Position numbers and translations under genes: made by a program
Notes under the pieces: model-generated
Told to the model about the DNA's origin: nothing
The model's database searches: none
Seen by the model: only the letters and a program-made list of their open reading frames with translations
Assembly: GCA_963841915.1 (NCBI GenBank)
Contig: CAWJEN010000006.1
Span: 64,001 to 128,000, forward strand
Length of the DNA stretch: 64,000 bases
Source: an uncultured Planctomycetota bacterium
GTDB lineage: Bacteria; Planctomycetota; Phycisphaerae; Tepidisphaerales; Tepidisphaeraceae
Reading direction: 5' to 3'
In this document: positions 56,789 to 64,000 of the stretch, piece after piece
Numbering within the stretch: the stretch's first letter is position 1
Layout of the letters: each line of letters starts with the position of its first letter

Positions 56789-58280
56789 GGCCGATGGACA
56801 TGGCGAGGCCGGTCGGCTCCGGCACGGTGGCCGCCCAGCTGTCGATCGCGGCGGTCTGCGACTGAGAGCCGCCGAAGTTCGCCCGCAGGATGGCAAAGTC
56901 GAGGATTGACACGACGCCGTCACCGTTGAAGTCGCCGGTGGTGAAGAAGCCGTCATCGCTACCGAAGTTGGCCCGAAGGACGGCAAAGTCGAGGATGGAA
57001 ACCGTGTCGTCGAGATTCGCGTCGCCTGGCAACAGGTCGGCTACGTCGGGGATCTGAGCGGCGACCAGTTCCCCGCCGCCGATCGTGCGACCCGTTCCGA
57101 ACGTGATCTGGCCTGCGTTGTTTAATCCGTCGCGTGACGAACCATCCGTCGTAAATACGAGACCGTTGATGGCCCCAGCCACGCGGGTGACCTCAAACAG
57201 TCCAAGTCGAGGATCAAAGGCAAACAGGACATCATCCTGAAGAAACGCCGCCTGGCCCACGTCATTGAAGGCCACACCCGCAATGGTGCCGCCGGGTGAT
57301 AGCTGACGCGTCACCGCTCCATGGTCTGCCGTGACGAGCAGCACGTCCGTGCCGTCACTTTGCTCAGCAACGACTGCAACATCTCCAAGCTCATTGAGTT
57401 GCGGGGACCCAAAGCCGGAATAGCCGTCAGCGACCGTCGCTACCGCGGCGTAGGAAAATCCGCCGGCAGCGAGCGCTTCGGCGACGAAGATGCCTTCGCG
57501 GCTGAAGTTGCCGTTGGTTCGTTGGAACCCGCTGAAAGCAACAGCACCCGCATCATTTGTGACAGGTTCGAAAGCGCCTGCGAACTCCTGATCTGCTGAG
57601 ACTCGCAGCAGCATGCCGCCACTTGACAAGAATACCTGCCGCCGCGTCACGCCACCGTTGTCGTTGCTGAGGAACCCTTCGAATACAACGCCGCCGCCAG
57701 CCGCGACGTTGAGGTTGTCGAACAAGACGAATCGATCACCGGCCAATCCTGGTGCAGCCTGTCCAGCACGTGCGATCATGCCGTTGTCGCCGAAGATAAC
57801 ACTGTCATCGACAAGCGTGCCTCCCGGGGTCGCGTCGAGCGTTGCATGAATGACGGTGTCGCTGGCGGCGTCAAGGCCGACGGAGACGACGCTCCTGATC
57901 GTGCCGATCCCGCCCGGGCCGCTCTGGCCGGGCACTGCAAGATTCGTCACCGTGCTACCCATAACGGCGAATGCCCCGTCACCGGGTCCGGCCGTTGCGT
58001 TAGCCGTAAATGCGATGCGATCGGAGTCGTTGACGGTGGGTGTGTCGGCAGATGCCGAGGCGTAGTCGCCGTAGATCGTGGCAACGTCTTGGGCGCTGAT
58101 TGTGAACAGCCCGAAGGAGTTACCGACGATGAGACCGCTCTCACCGATGACGGCTGTCATCGGTATGGCATTCGTCGTCTTAACGACCTGTGCGTCCAGT
58201 GCCGCGGGCACCAAAGGCTGGGCCGGCGCAGCGCTCGTGATCATCAGCACAGCCGCGGGTAAGGCGATTCGAGTCATCAC
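56754..58280 (-). CDS. PEP-CTERM protein with NxxGxxAF-type repeats and a dockerin-like double EF-hand
   Basis: NDAGAVAF, NDVGQAAF, NNAGQITF; GDANLDDTVSILDF/GDFNGDGVVSILDF; VPEP-TM-RRTRR. Confidence 0.88.
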   Translation of the reverse strand: MMTRIALPAAVLMITSAAPAQPLVPAALDAQVVKTTNAIPMTAVIGESGLIVGNSFGLFTISAQDVATIYGDYASASADTPTVNDSDRIAFTANATAGPGDGAFAVMGSTVTNLAVPGQSGPGGIGTIRSVVSVGLDAASDTVIHATLDATPGGTLVDDSVIFGDNGMIARAGQAAPGLAGDRFVLFDNLNVAAGGGVVFEGFLSNDNGGVTRRQVFLSSGGMLLRVSADQEFAGAFEPVTNDAGAVAFSGFQRTNGNFSREGIFVAEALAAGGFSYAAVATVADGYSGFGSPQLNELGDVAVVAEQSDGTDVLLVTADHGAVTRQLSPGGTIAGVAFNDVGQAAFLQDDVLFAFDPRLGLFEVTRVAGAINGLVFTTDGSSRDGLNNAGQITFGTGRTIGGGELVAAQIPDVADLLPGDANLDDTVSILDFAVLRANFGSDDGFFTTGDFNGDGVVSILDFAILRANFGGSQSQTAAIDSWAATVPEPTGLAMSIGLTAIAVRRTRR

Positions 58281-58338
58281 CGCTTAGTCTGCACGATTGT
58301 CGTTGCGACGTCCACAGGTGAAAGCATCCGCCGGAGGT

Positions 58339-58833
58339 TCATGCCACCGCTGCCGCGACCTGCTTGGCCGACTGACGGCCACAGGTGATCCGCTCGTGGG
58401 CGTACCGCTCATACAACGGCCGCCGCTCTTCAATGAGGTCGCCGTAGGTCATGCCGTCGGCGATCATCACGCCGCGCTTCGTCAGGTCGCCCGCTCGGAC
58501 TTCCAACACATCGGGTGGCACGTCAAGCCAGACGACCCGGCCGATCTGCCGCAGGTGTTCCATCGCCTCTTCGTCGTAGACGACGCTGCCGCCGGGTGCG
58601 TAGACGGTCGGCTTCGTCGGCCGAAGCGACAGATTCGCCTCCCGCTCGCGGCGGCGTAGTCCTTCGAAGCCCTCGCTTGCGTTGATCTCGCAAAGGGTCA
58701 TCCCGGCCTCCCGCTCGATCTCAAGATCCACGTCCACGAAGTGCCAGCCGAGCCGTCTGGCAACGAGCTTGCCCACCGTGCTCTTGCCGCAACCGGGCAT
58801 GCCGATAAGCACGAGGCTCGACGGGCCGTTCAA
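58339..58833 (-). CDS. aroK: Shikimate kinase
   Basis: LIGMPGCGKSTVG, DVD..IE, APGGSVV, ERRPLYE. TTG start overlaps the upstream TGA. Confidence 0.88.
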   Translation of the reverse strand: MNGPSSLVLIGMPGCGKSTVGKLVARRLGWHFVDVDLEIEREAGMTLCEINASEGFEGLRRREREANLSLRPTKPTVYAPGGSVVYDEEAMEHLRQIGRVVWLDVPPDVLEVRAGDLTKRGVMIADGMTYGDLIEERRPLYERYAHERITCGRQSAKQVAAAVA

Positions 58834-59876
58834 GCACCCTCCGCATCGTCGGGCAGACGGTACAGGTGGCCGAACTCGCGGTACCACTCGACAAAGCGGC
58901 TAAGGCCTTCATCAAGCTTCACCGTCGGCCTGTAGCCCAACTCCTGACCGGCAAGGCTGATGTCGGCGAACGTGCGGTTGACGTCGCCCGGCTGCATCGG
59001 CTGCTTGTCGAGGTTGGCCTTCTTACCGACCGCCTTCTCGATGCCGCTGACCAGCTCGTTGAGCGACACCGGCGAGCTACCGCCGAGGTTGTAGACGCGG
59101 TAGCCGTAGTCGGGGATGCGGTCGAGGCTGGCAACGATGCCGCTCACCGTGTCATCGACGAAGGTGTAATCACGGCTGGTCGAACCGTCACCGAAGAATG
59201 GCACGGGCGCACCGTCATCGACAAGCCGCGTGAACTTGTGGATGGCCAGGTCAGGCCGTTGCCTGGGGCCATAGACGGTGAAGAACCTCAGGCACGCGAT
59301 CGGCAGCTTGTAAAGGTGGTGGAATGTGTAGCAGATCAGCTCGCCGGCCCGTTTCGTGGCTGCGTAGGGGCTGACGGGCTCGCCAACGTGATCTTCCTCA
59401 CGGAACGGCACGCGCTTGAGGTTGCCGTAGACGCTGGAGCTGCTGGCGAAGACGAAGCGTCCGACGCCGTTGGTGCGGGCGGCTTCGAGCAGATGGGTTG
59501 TGCCTTCGACGTTGACGCGGGCGTAGTAGGCGGGCCGCTCGATTGACGGCCGCACACCTGCCATGGCGGCCAGGTGCAGGATGGCCGCCGGCTTGACGCG
59601 GCGGACGAGTTGGCTGATCGCCTCGCCGTTGCAGATGTCGATCTCTTCGACATCGATGCCCTTCTGGAACTTCTCGGACACGCTGCGAAGGTTCATCTCC
59701 TTCCAGCGACGGTCGTAGAAGTCGCTGAAGTTGTCGACGCCGACGACGTGGTGCCCGTCGGCGAGCAGACGTTCGGCAGCGTGACTCCCGATGAACCCGG
59801 CCGCACCAGTTAGAAGCACCGTCGACTTCGGTGGCAAGGTGGCGTGCGAGCTTGGCTTGGAGGTGGCGTCGGTCAC
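58830..59876 (-). CDS. NAD-dependent nucleotide-sugar epimerase (UDP-glucuronate 4-epimerase-like)
   Basis: TGAAGFIG, HLAAMAGVRPS, ASSSSVYG, YAATK, RFFTVYGP..RPDLA. Confidence 0.92.
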   Translation of the reverse strand: MTDATSKPSSHATLPPKSTVLLTGAAGFIGSHAAERLLADGHHVVGVDNFSDFYDRRWKEMNLRSVSEKFQKGIDVEEIDICNGEAISQLVRRVKPAAILHLAAMAGVRPSIERPAYYARVNVEGTTHLLEAARTNGVGRFVFASSSSVYGNLKRVPFREEDHVGEPVSPYAATKRAGELICYTFHHLYKLPIACLRFFTVYGPRQRPDLAIHKFTRLVDDGAPVPFFGDGSTSRDYTFVDDTVSGIVASLDRIPDYGYRVYNLGGSSPVSLNELVSGIEKAVGKKANLDKQPMQPGDVNRTFADISLAGQELGYRPTVKLDEGLSRFVEWYREFGHLYRLPDDAEGA

Positions 59877-59997
59877 GGTCTGACAGCTTCCGGTGCTAAA
59901 GCGGGTTTGGCAACCGCGTCAGCAGGATCGGTCGCCAATTTGCCAGTCTGTTGACAAGAGATGGTGATTCGCACTTGCCGTCGTAGGCTTGCAGCGC

Positions 59998-61818
59998 ATG
60001 AGCGACTACGTAGAAGCCGACACCGGCTCCGACTCGACGCCCGAGTCGTCGGCCACGACGACCACCGTCCGCACCACGGTGCCCGAAGCGCCTGCCTCGA
60101 GTGGGCGGGCCGTAATCGAGCAGGTGGTGGTGGCGCTCATCCTGGCCTTCGTGTTTCGCGCGTTCGTCGTCGAGGCCTTCATCATCCCGACCGGCAGCAT
60201 GGCCACGACGTTGCTCGGGGCGCACATGCGGTTCGACTGCCCGGACTGCGGCTGGGACTTCACCGTCAATTACCAGTCGCCTCAGGGCTCCAGCGGTGCG
60301 ATCCTGCCGACGCAGGCAAAGACCAACAGCGGCCTGGCGCGCAAGTTCAACATCCGCTGCCCGAACTGCGCTTACAGGTTTCCGGCCGACGAGACGGAAG
60401 GATTTCGCGCCGACAGCGAAGACAGCTACAGCCCGCCTGTCTACTACGGCGACCGGATCCTCGTCCTCAAACACCAGTACCTGTTCGCCGAGCCGGGGCG
60501 GTTCGAGGTCGTGGTCTTCAAGAACCCAAGCAGCGTTCAATTCCGGAAGGTCGAGCTGCGGCCTGAGCAGGCGACCGAGCCGTTTCAGGAGAACTACATC
60601 AAGCGACTCGTCGGCCTGCCCGGCGACACGTTGATGATCCTCGACGGCGACATCTACGTCGCAGACGATGTGCGGAACAAGGAGACGGGCGAGCTGGTCG
60701 CAAGCGACTTCCGCATCGCCCGGAAACCTGCCTCGGCACAGTCGGCTCTATGGCGGACCGTCTACGACGATGACTACCGGCCACGGGGTCTCGACCGCAA
60801 CAGCGCCGGCTTTCCGGCAGAAGTTGACTTTGACAACCCATGGCGGCCCGGTGGCGCGTGGCAACAGGTCGAGGGCGGCTTTGAGGTCGACGCCGGCGGT
60901 GGAACGCTGGAGTTTGATCCCGATGCCGTCCGCGAAGCATTCTATCTCACCGACTTCCTCGGCTACGACCAGACCCACGACGACATCTTCGAAAGCGACA
61001 ACAACCGCAAGGCCGACACCAGCGGCAACCGCTATGGGTTCAACGGCCGCGTCGGTGGCAATCCGTATCTCCATCGGGCCGACGACCTCAAGCTCGACCT
61101 GGTTCATACCCGCCAAAGCGGCGACGGCCCTCTTGTGCTCCGCCTCGACGGAAACGGGGAGCAATTCGAGTTGTTGATCGATGGTGAAGGCGCAAGGCTG
61201 ACGCACAACGGCACGACGGTGGCGACAGTGGAGGAAGATGACTTATCGCCCGACGGCAGCGCCCGCAGGATCGAGTTCCAGCACGTCGACTACGCCGTCG
61301 CCGCCCTCGTCGACGGCCGGCCGTTGCTCGACTACACGTACGACCCCATCGTCGAGTCGCTCATCGAGGCCGAATCACGTGGCGACGCCGGCCCCGTCCC
61401 GGCGGCTGCCGTCGCGGCACGCGGGCACGACGGCTCACTACGGCACGTCAAACTCCTCCGCGACGTCCACTACACGCCACGCGACCAGACCAGCAACCAA
61501 AGCAACGCGAATCCTTCTGGCCAGTTCTACCCACACGCCTCACCGGCCGACTTCCCGCGGAACGTCATGCGTCTGGGCGAGGAGGAATTTTTTGTCATCG
61601 GCGACAACCCGATGCTCAGCGGCGACGCCCGCACGTGGGACAGCGTGACAGACGCGGTCAAGCTCGCGTACGAAGAGGTCGACGTCGAAGGCGGCCGCGT
61701 GCCGCGTCGGTTCATGCTGGGGAAGGCTTTCTTTGTTTACTGGCCCGGCGGGTACCGACCGCTGCCGTTCCTACCGCCGATCGTGCCGAACTTCGGCGAA
61801 ATGCGTCTCATTCGCTAA
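59998..61818 (+). CDS. lepB: Signal peptidase I with a zinc ribbon and large insertions
   Basis: EAFIIPTGSM (Ser), NYIKRLVG (Lys), GDN..S.DAR.W, CPDC...CPNC. Confidence 0.9.
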   Translation: MSDYVEADTGSDSTPESSATTTTVRTTVPEAPASSGRAVIEQVVVALILAFVFRAFVVEAFIIPTGSMATTLLGAHMRFDCPDCGWDFTVNYQSPQGSSGAILPTQAKTNSGLARKFNIRCPNCAYRFPADETEGFRADSEDSYSPPVYYGDRILVLKHQYLFAEPGRFEVVVFKNPSSVQFRKVELRPEQATEPFQENYIKRLVGLPGDTLMILDGDIYVADDVRNKETGELVASDFRIARKPASAQSALWRTVYDDDYRPRGLDRNSAGFPAEVDFDNPWRPGGAWQQVEGGFEVDAGGGTLEFDPDAVREAFYLTDFLGYDQTHDDIFESDNNRKADTSGNRYGFNGRVGGNPYLHRADDLKLDLVHTRQSGDGPLVLRLDGNGEQFELLIDGEGARLTHNGTTVATVEEDDLSPDGSARRIEFQHVDYAVAALVDGRPLLDYTYDPIVESLIEAESRGDAGPVPAAAVAARGHDGSLRHVKLLRDVHYTPRDQTSNQSNANPSGQFYPHASPADFPRNVMRLGEEEFFVIGDNPMLSGDARTWDSVTDAVKLAYEEVDVEGGRVPRRFMLGKAFFVYWPGGYRPLPFLPPIVPNFGEMRLIR

Positions 61819-61845
61819 ACACTTCAAGCGCTGCCAGCGTAAAAG

Positions 61846-61877
61846 TTGACCTCGCGGGGTGCCACCCGCGAGGTCAA
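61846..61877. terminator. Hairpin/terminator between convergent genes
   Basis: 13-bp stem TTGACCTCGCGGG/CCCGCGAGGTCAA, with AAAA just upstream. Confidence 0.7.
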
Positions 61878-62068
61878 TGATTCGGCCTTCAAACTGATGG
61901 CCCGCTGCAAATTTGGGTCGTATGACGGGTGCAGGCATCCATGCCCGACAGGTCATCGCGACCACAAGCCTTCCATGGCTTCCAACATTACGTCGAGCGG
62001 ATCAGCAGGTTCGGCACTGTGTCAATTATTTTTGTCGTACGCGACAGGCTGGCCGATTCACTGCCGCG

Positions 62069-62587
62069 TCACACCAAACGGCTGACCGTCGAGCCAAAGC
62101 CGGGCTTCGGCTGGTGGAAGTAAACGGCACCTTCAAACCAGCCCCCGTAGCAGGATCGGCAGCGGACGACGGTGACGCCCACGCGGATCAGGTCGCCGTT
62201 GAAGTCGGTGCACTCGAGAACGCCACCGAAGCCGAGCGGGAGGCGGCGTGGCGAGATGAAGCCGGCCGCCCGGGGCTCGACGTCTCGCAGGAAGACCAGC
62301 CGTGCTTCATCCTCGACGTCATCTGCGTGCAACGTTAGACTCGCCTCTTGGCGATGCGTGACACGCGTTGTCCCTTCACGACGCTCGTACCGCGACGGCG
62401 GCGTGCCCCGCCCTTGGGCGGCCGCGTCCATAGCCGACAAGATCATGGATGCCTGACGCCGCAGTAGCTCCGGCGAGTCGGTTGCCTCATCTTGAAATTC
62501 AGCCTCTTCCAGCGGAAGCGTGAACGAGTCGGACGGGAAAGAGGCGGCGTCGACGGGATCGGCAACGGTGTCTTCGGTGAGCATCAT
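62069..62587 (-). CDS. PilZ-like domain protein
   Basis: ERR...R, LRDV...AGF, VVRCR....FEGAVYF. Confidence 0.6.
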   Translation of the reverse strand: MMLTEDTVADPVDAASFPSDSFTLPLEEAEFQDEATDSPELLRRQASMILSAMDAAAQGRGTPPSRYERREGTTRVTHRQEASLTLHADDVEDEARLVFLRDVEPRAAGFISPRRLPLGFGGVLECTDFNGDLIRVGVTVVRCRSCYGGWFEGAVYFHQPKPGFGSTVSRLV

Positions 62588-62687
62588 GGCGTTGAGGGGC
62601 TGAATCGGGGCGAGGTGATTGGGTGCAGACGAAGCCGTCTGCGTACACCACTGATGTCCGATTCACCCCAGCGCAATGCAACAAGAA

Positions 62688-63302
62688 TTAATCGCCCCGA
62701 CGACCCTCGGGCGAATAGACCCGCACCGGTAAAACCTGTCGGCCCCACTGCCGCGCCGTTGCATGGTCGGGATAAAACACGTCCAATCGATATCCCTTGA
62801 TGGCCCCACCGCGATCGATTACTTCGACAACGTCGCCCGCATCACTGCCATAGCCAGGCACTTGGATCTGCGTACCGAACGGCAACAGTCGTGTGTCAGC
62901 TGCGACGAACTTGCCACTGTTGTGGTCCACGTTTTTGCCGCTGGCCGTAATCCCACTGGCTCGTGGCCCGCAGCACTTCTGGCACGGGCAATAGGCAGTC
63001 ACTTCCATCAGGATGACCGACCAGTCGTCGTCATCTGCCGCGAGATCGCCAGCGACGAGCGACATGTTGGAGTCGCTTTCGAGCCGGGCGGTAATCATCA
63101 CACCGTCCCCTGCCGCCTCGATAGCCAGTGCTGCGGGTTTGCTTTGCTGTAGGTCAACCCCGGCACCGTGCCCGCCGAAGCCGACTAAAATTACCGTCGC
63201 CGCACCGGCGAGAAACAGAGTGGCCGGCACCAATCGCCGCCAGAAGGCAGGATGCGCGGTGTGGTCGCCAGTCGGGATAGTGTCGTCGTGCGTCGCGTCC
63301 AT
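62688..63302 (-). CDS. 3D (Asp-Asp-Asp) domain protein
   Basis: VTAYCPC..CCG, GITASG, VAAD..LPFGT, VPGYG, DRGGAIKG.RLDVF. Confidence 0.9.
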   Translation of the reverse strand: MDATHDDTIPTGDHTAHPAFWRRLVPATLFLAGAATVILVGFGGHGAGVDLQQSKPAALAIEAAGDGVMITARLESDSNMSLVAGDLAADDDDWSVILMEVTAYCPCQKCCGPRASGITASGKNVDHNSGKFVAADTRLLPFGTQIQVPGYGSDAGDVVEVIDRGGAIKGYRLDVFYPDHATARQWGRQVLPVRVYSPEGRRGD

Positions 63303-63379
63303 GCGGTGCAGAAAGCTAAGGGTCGGCCGCCTTCGTGGCCAGCGGTAGTCTGATAAGATGCCAGACCTCAACGACTTCG

Positions 63380-64000
63380 TCAACCGCCGATGAAGGTGAT
63401 GGGCACGCTTTGCTGGGCGACGCGGCCGGCCAGCTCGTCACGCACCGTGACCTTGAGCATGTGCTTGCCAGGTAGCGCGTGCGGCGGAAGCGTCAGCAAG
63501 CCGCTCAAGAAGAAGTCGCGGCGGCGCCGCCGACTCTGGTCCTGGGCGTTCTTAGGCGGCAGGCTCATGACCGGGCGACCCTCGTCGTCGTAAAGCACGG
63601 CTGAGAGGCTCAGCCGCGTCAGCCATCGGCCGTCCGACTGTTGCTCGCTCTTGAAGCCGTCAGCCTCAACGTAGAGCACGGCTCGGTGCGGCTTGCCGGC
63701 GACGAATCGTCCTTCGATCGCGTCGTAGTCGCCCCACAGCCGGACCTCACTGCACAGCTCCGCCGTCGGCAGCCGCAGCCCAACCTCGCTACGCAACGCC
63801 TCTGCGGCTTCAAGAATGGGCTCGACGCGGTCTTCGGCATCAGGTGAAGCGGCCAGTTCGCGACGAAACTCCCCAAGATAGCTGGCCACCATGGCGACCA
63901 TCCGCTCCTCGCTCGGCCGCAATCCCGGGAACGTCATCTCGCCGGCCGTGTCACCGGCAACGAGCTTCAGCAGCTCATGATCAAATGACGCCACAGCCGA
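63380..64000 (-). CDS. Hypothetical protein (5' end beyond the window)
   Basis: Open frame to the window edge; beta-rich C-terminal domain ending PGKHMLKVTVRD. Confidence 0.65.
   Translation of the reverse strand, partial: SAVASFDHELLKLVAGDTAGEMTFPGLRPSEERMVAMVASYLGEFRRELAASPDAEDRVEPILEAAEALRSEVGLRLPTAELCSEVRLWGDYDAIEGRFVAGKPHRAVLYVEADGFKSEQQSDGRWLTRLSLSAVLYDDEGRPVMSLPPKNAQDQSRRRRRDFFLSGLLTLPPHALPGKHMLKVTVRDELAGRVAQQSVPITFIGG

Noticed and set aside
59951..59956. TTGACA as the -35 of lepB
   Set aside because: No -10 at 16-18 nt; the TAGGCT box is 27 nt away.

Overview
High-GC, gene-dense bacterial chromosome segment. Gene content (two PEP-CTERM proteins, a prepilin/H-X9-DG DUF1559 protein, a DUF4159 protein, an OmcB-like DUF11 lipoprotein, a zinc-ribbon signal peptidase I) points to Planctomycetota, probably Phycisphaerae (inference, no search run). 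It is mostly housekeeping: ppk2 (partial), pduO, rpsD, mutY, a solitary nuoF, nuoJKLMN, purN, purU, queF, thrC, aroK, lepB and a class III FBPase. I found no rRNA, tRNA, CRISPR array, transposase or integrase. Main signals: (1) a prepilin + MauE + 8-Cys secreted mini-protein islet with its own strong promoter (23.5-26.2 kb); (2) a gene body bracketed by 27-bp inverted repeats, with its promoter and start codon outside them (40958-41618); (3) two perfect parS palindromes and one degenerate copy; (4) many TANNNT boxes 5-9 nt before start codons lacking an SD, suggesting leaderless transcription; (5) a voltage-sensor-like protein with no pore; (6) a PEGA-CsgG-COG3014-YcfL-LpoB envelope operon; (7) two sigma54 promoters; (8) an inverted-domain photolyase; (9) a frameshifted site-2 protease. 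All family assignments come from motif recognition by eye.
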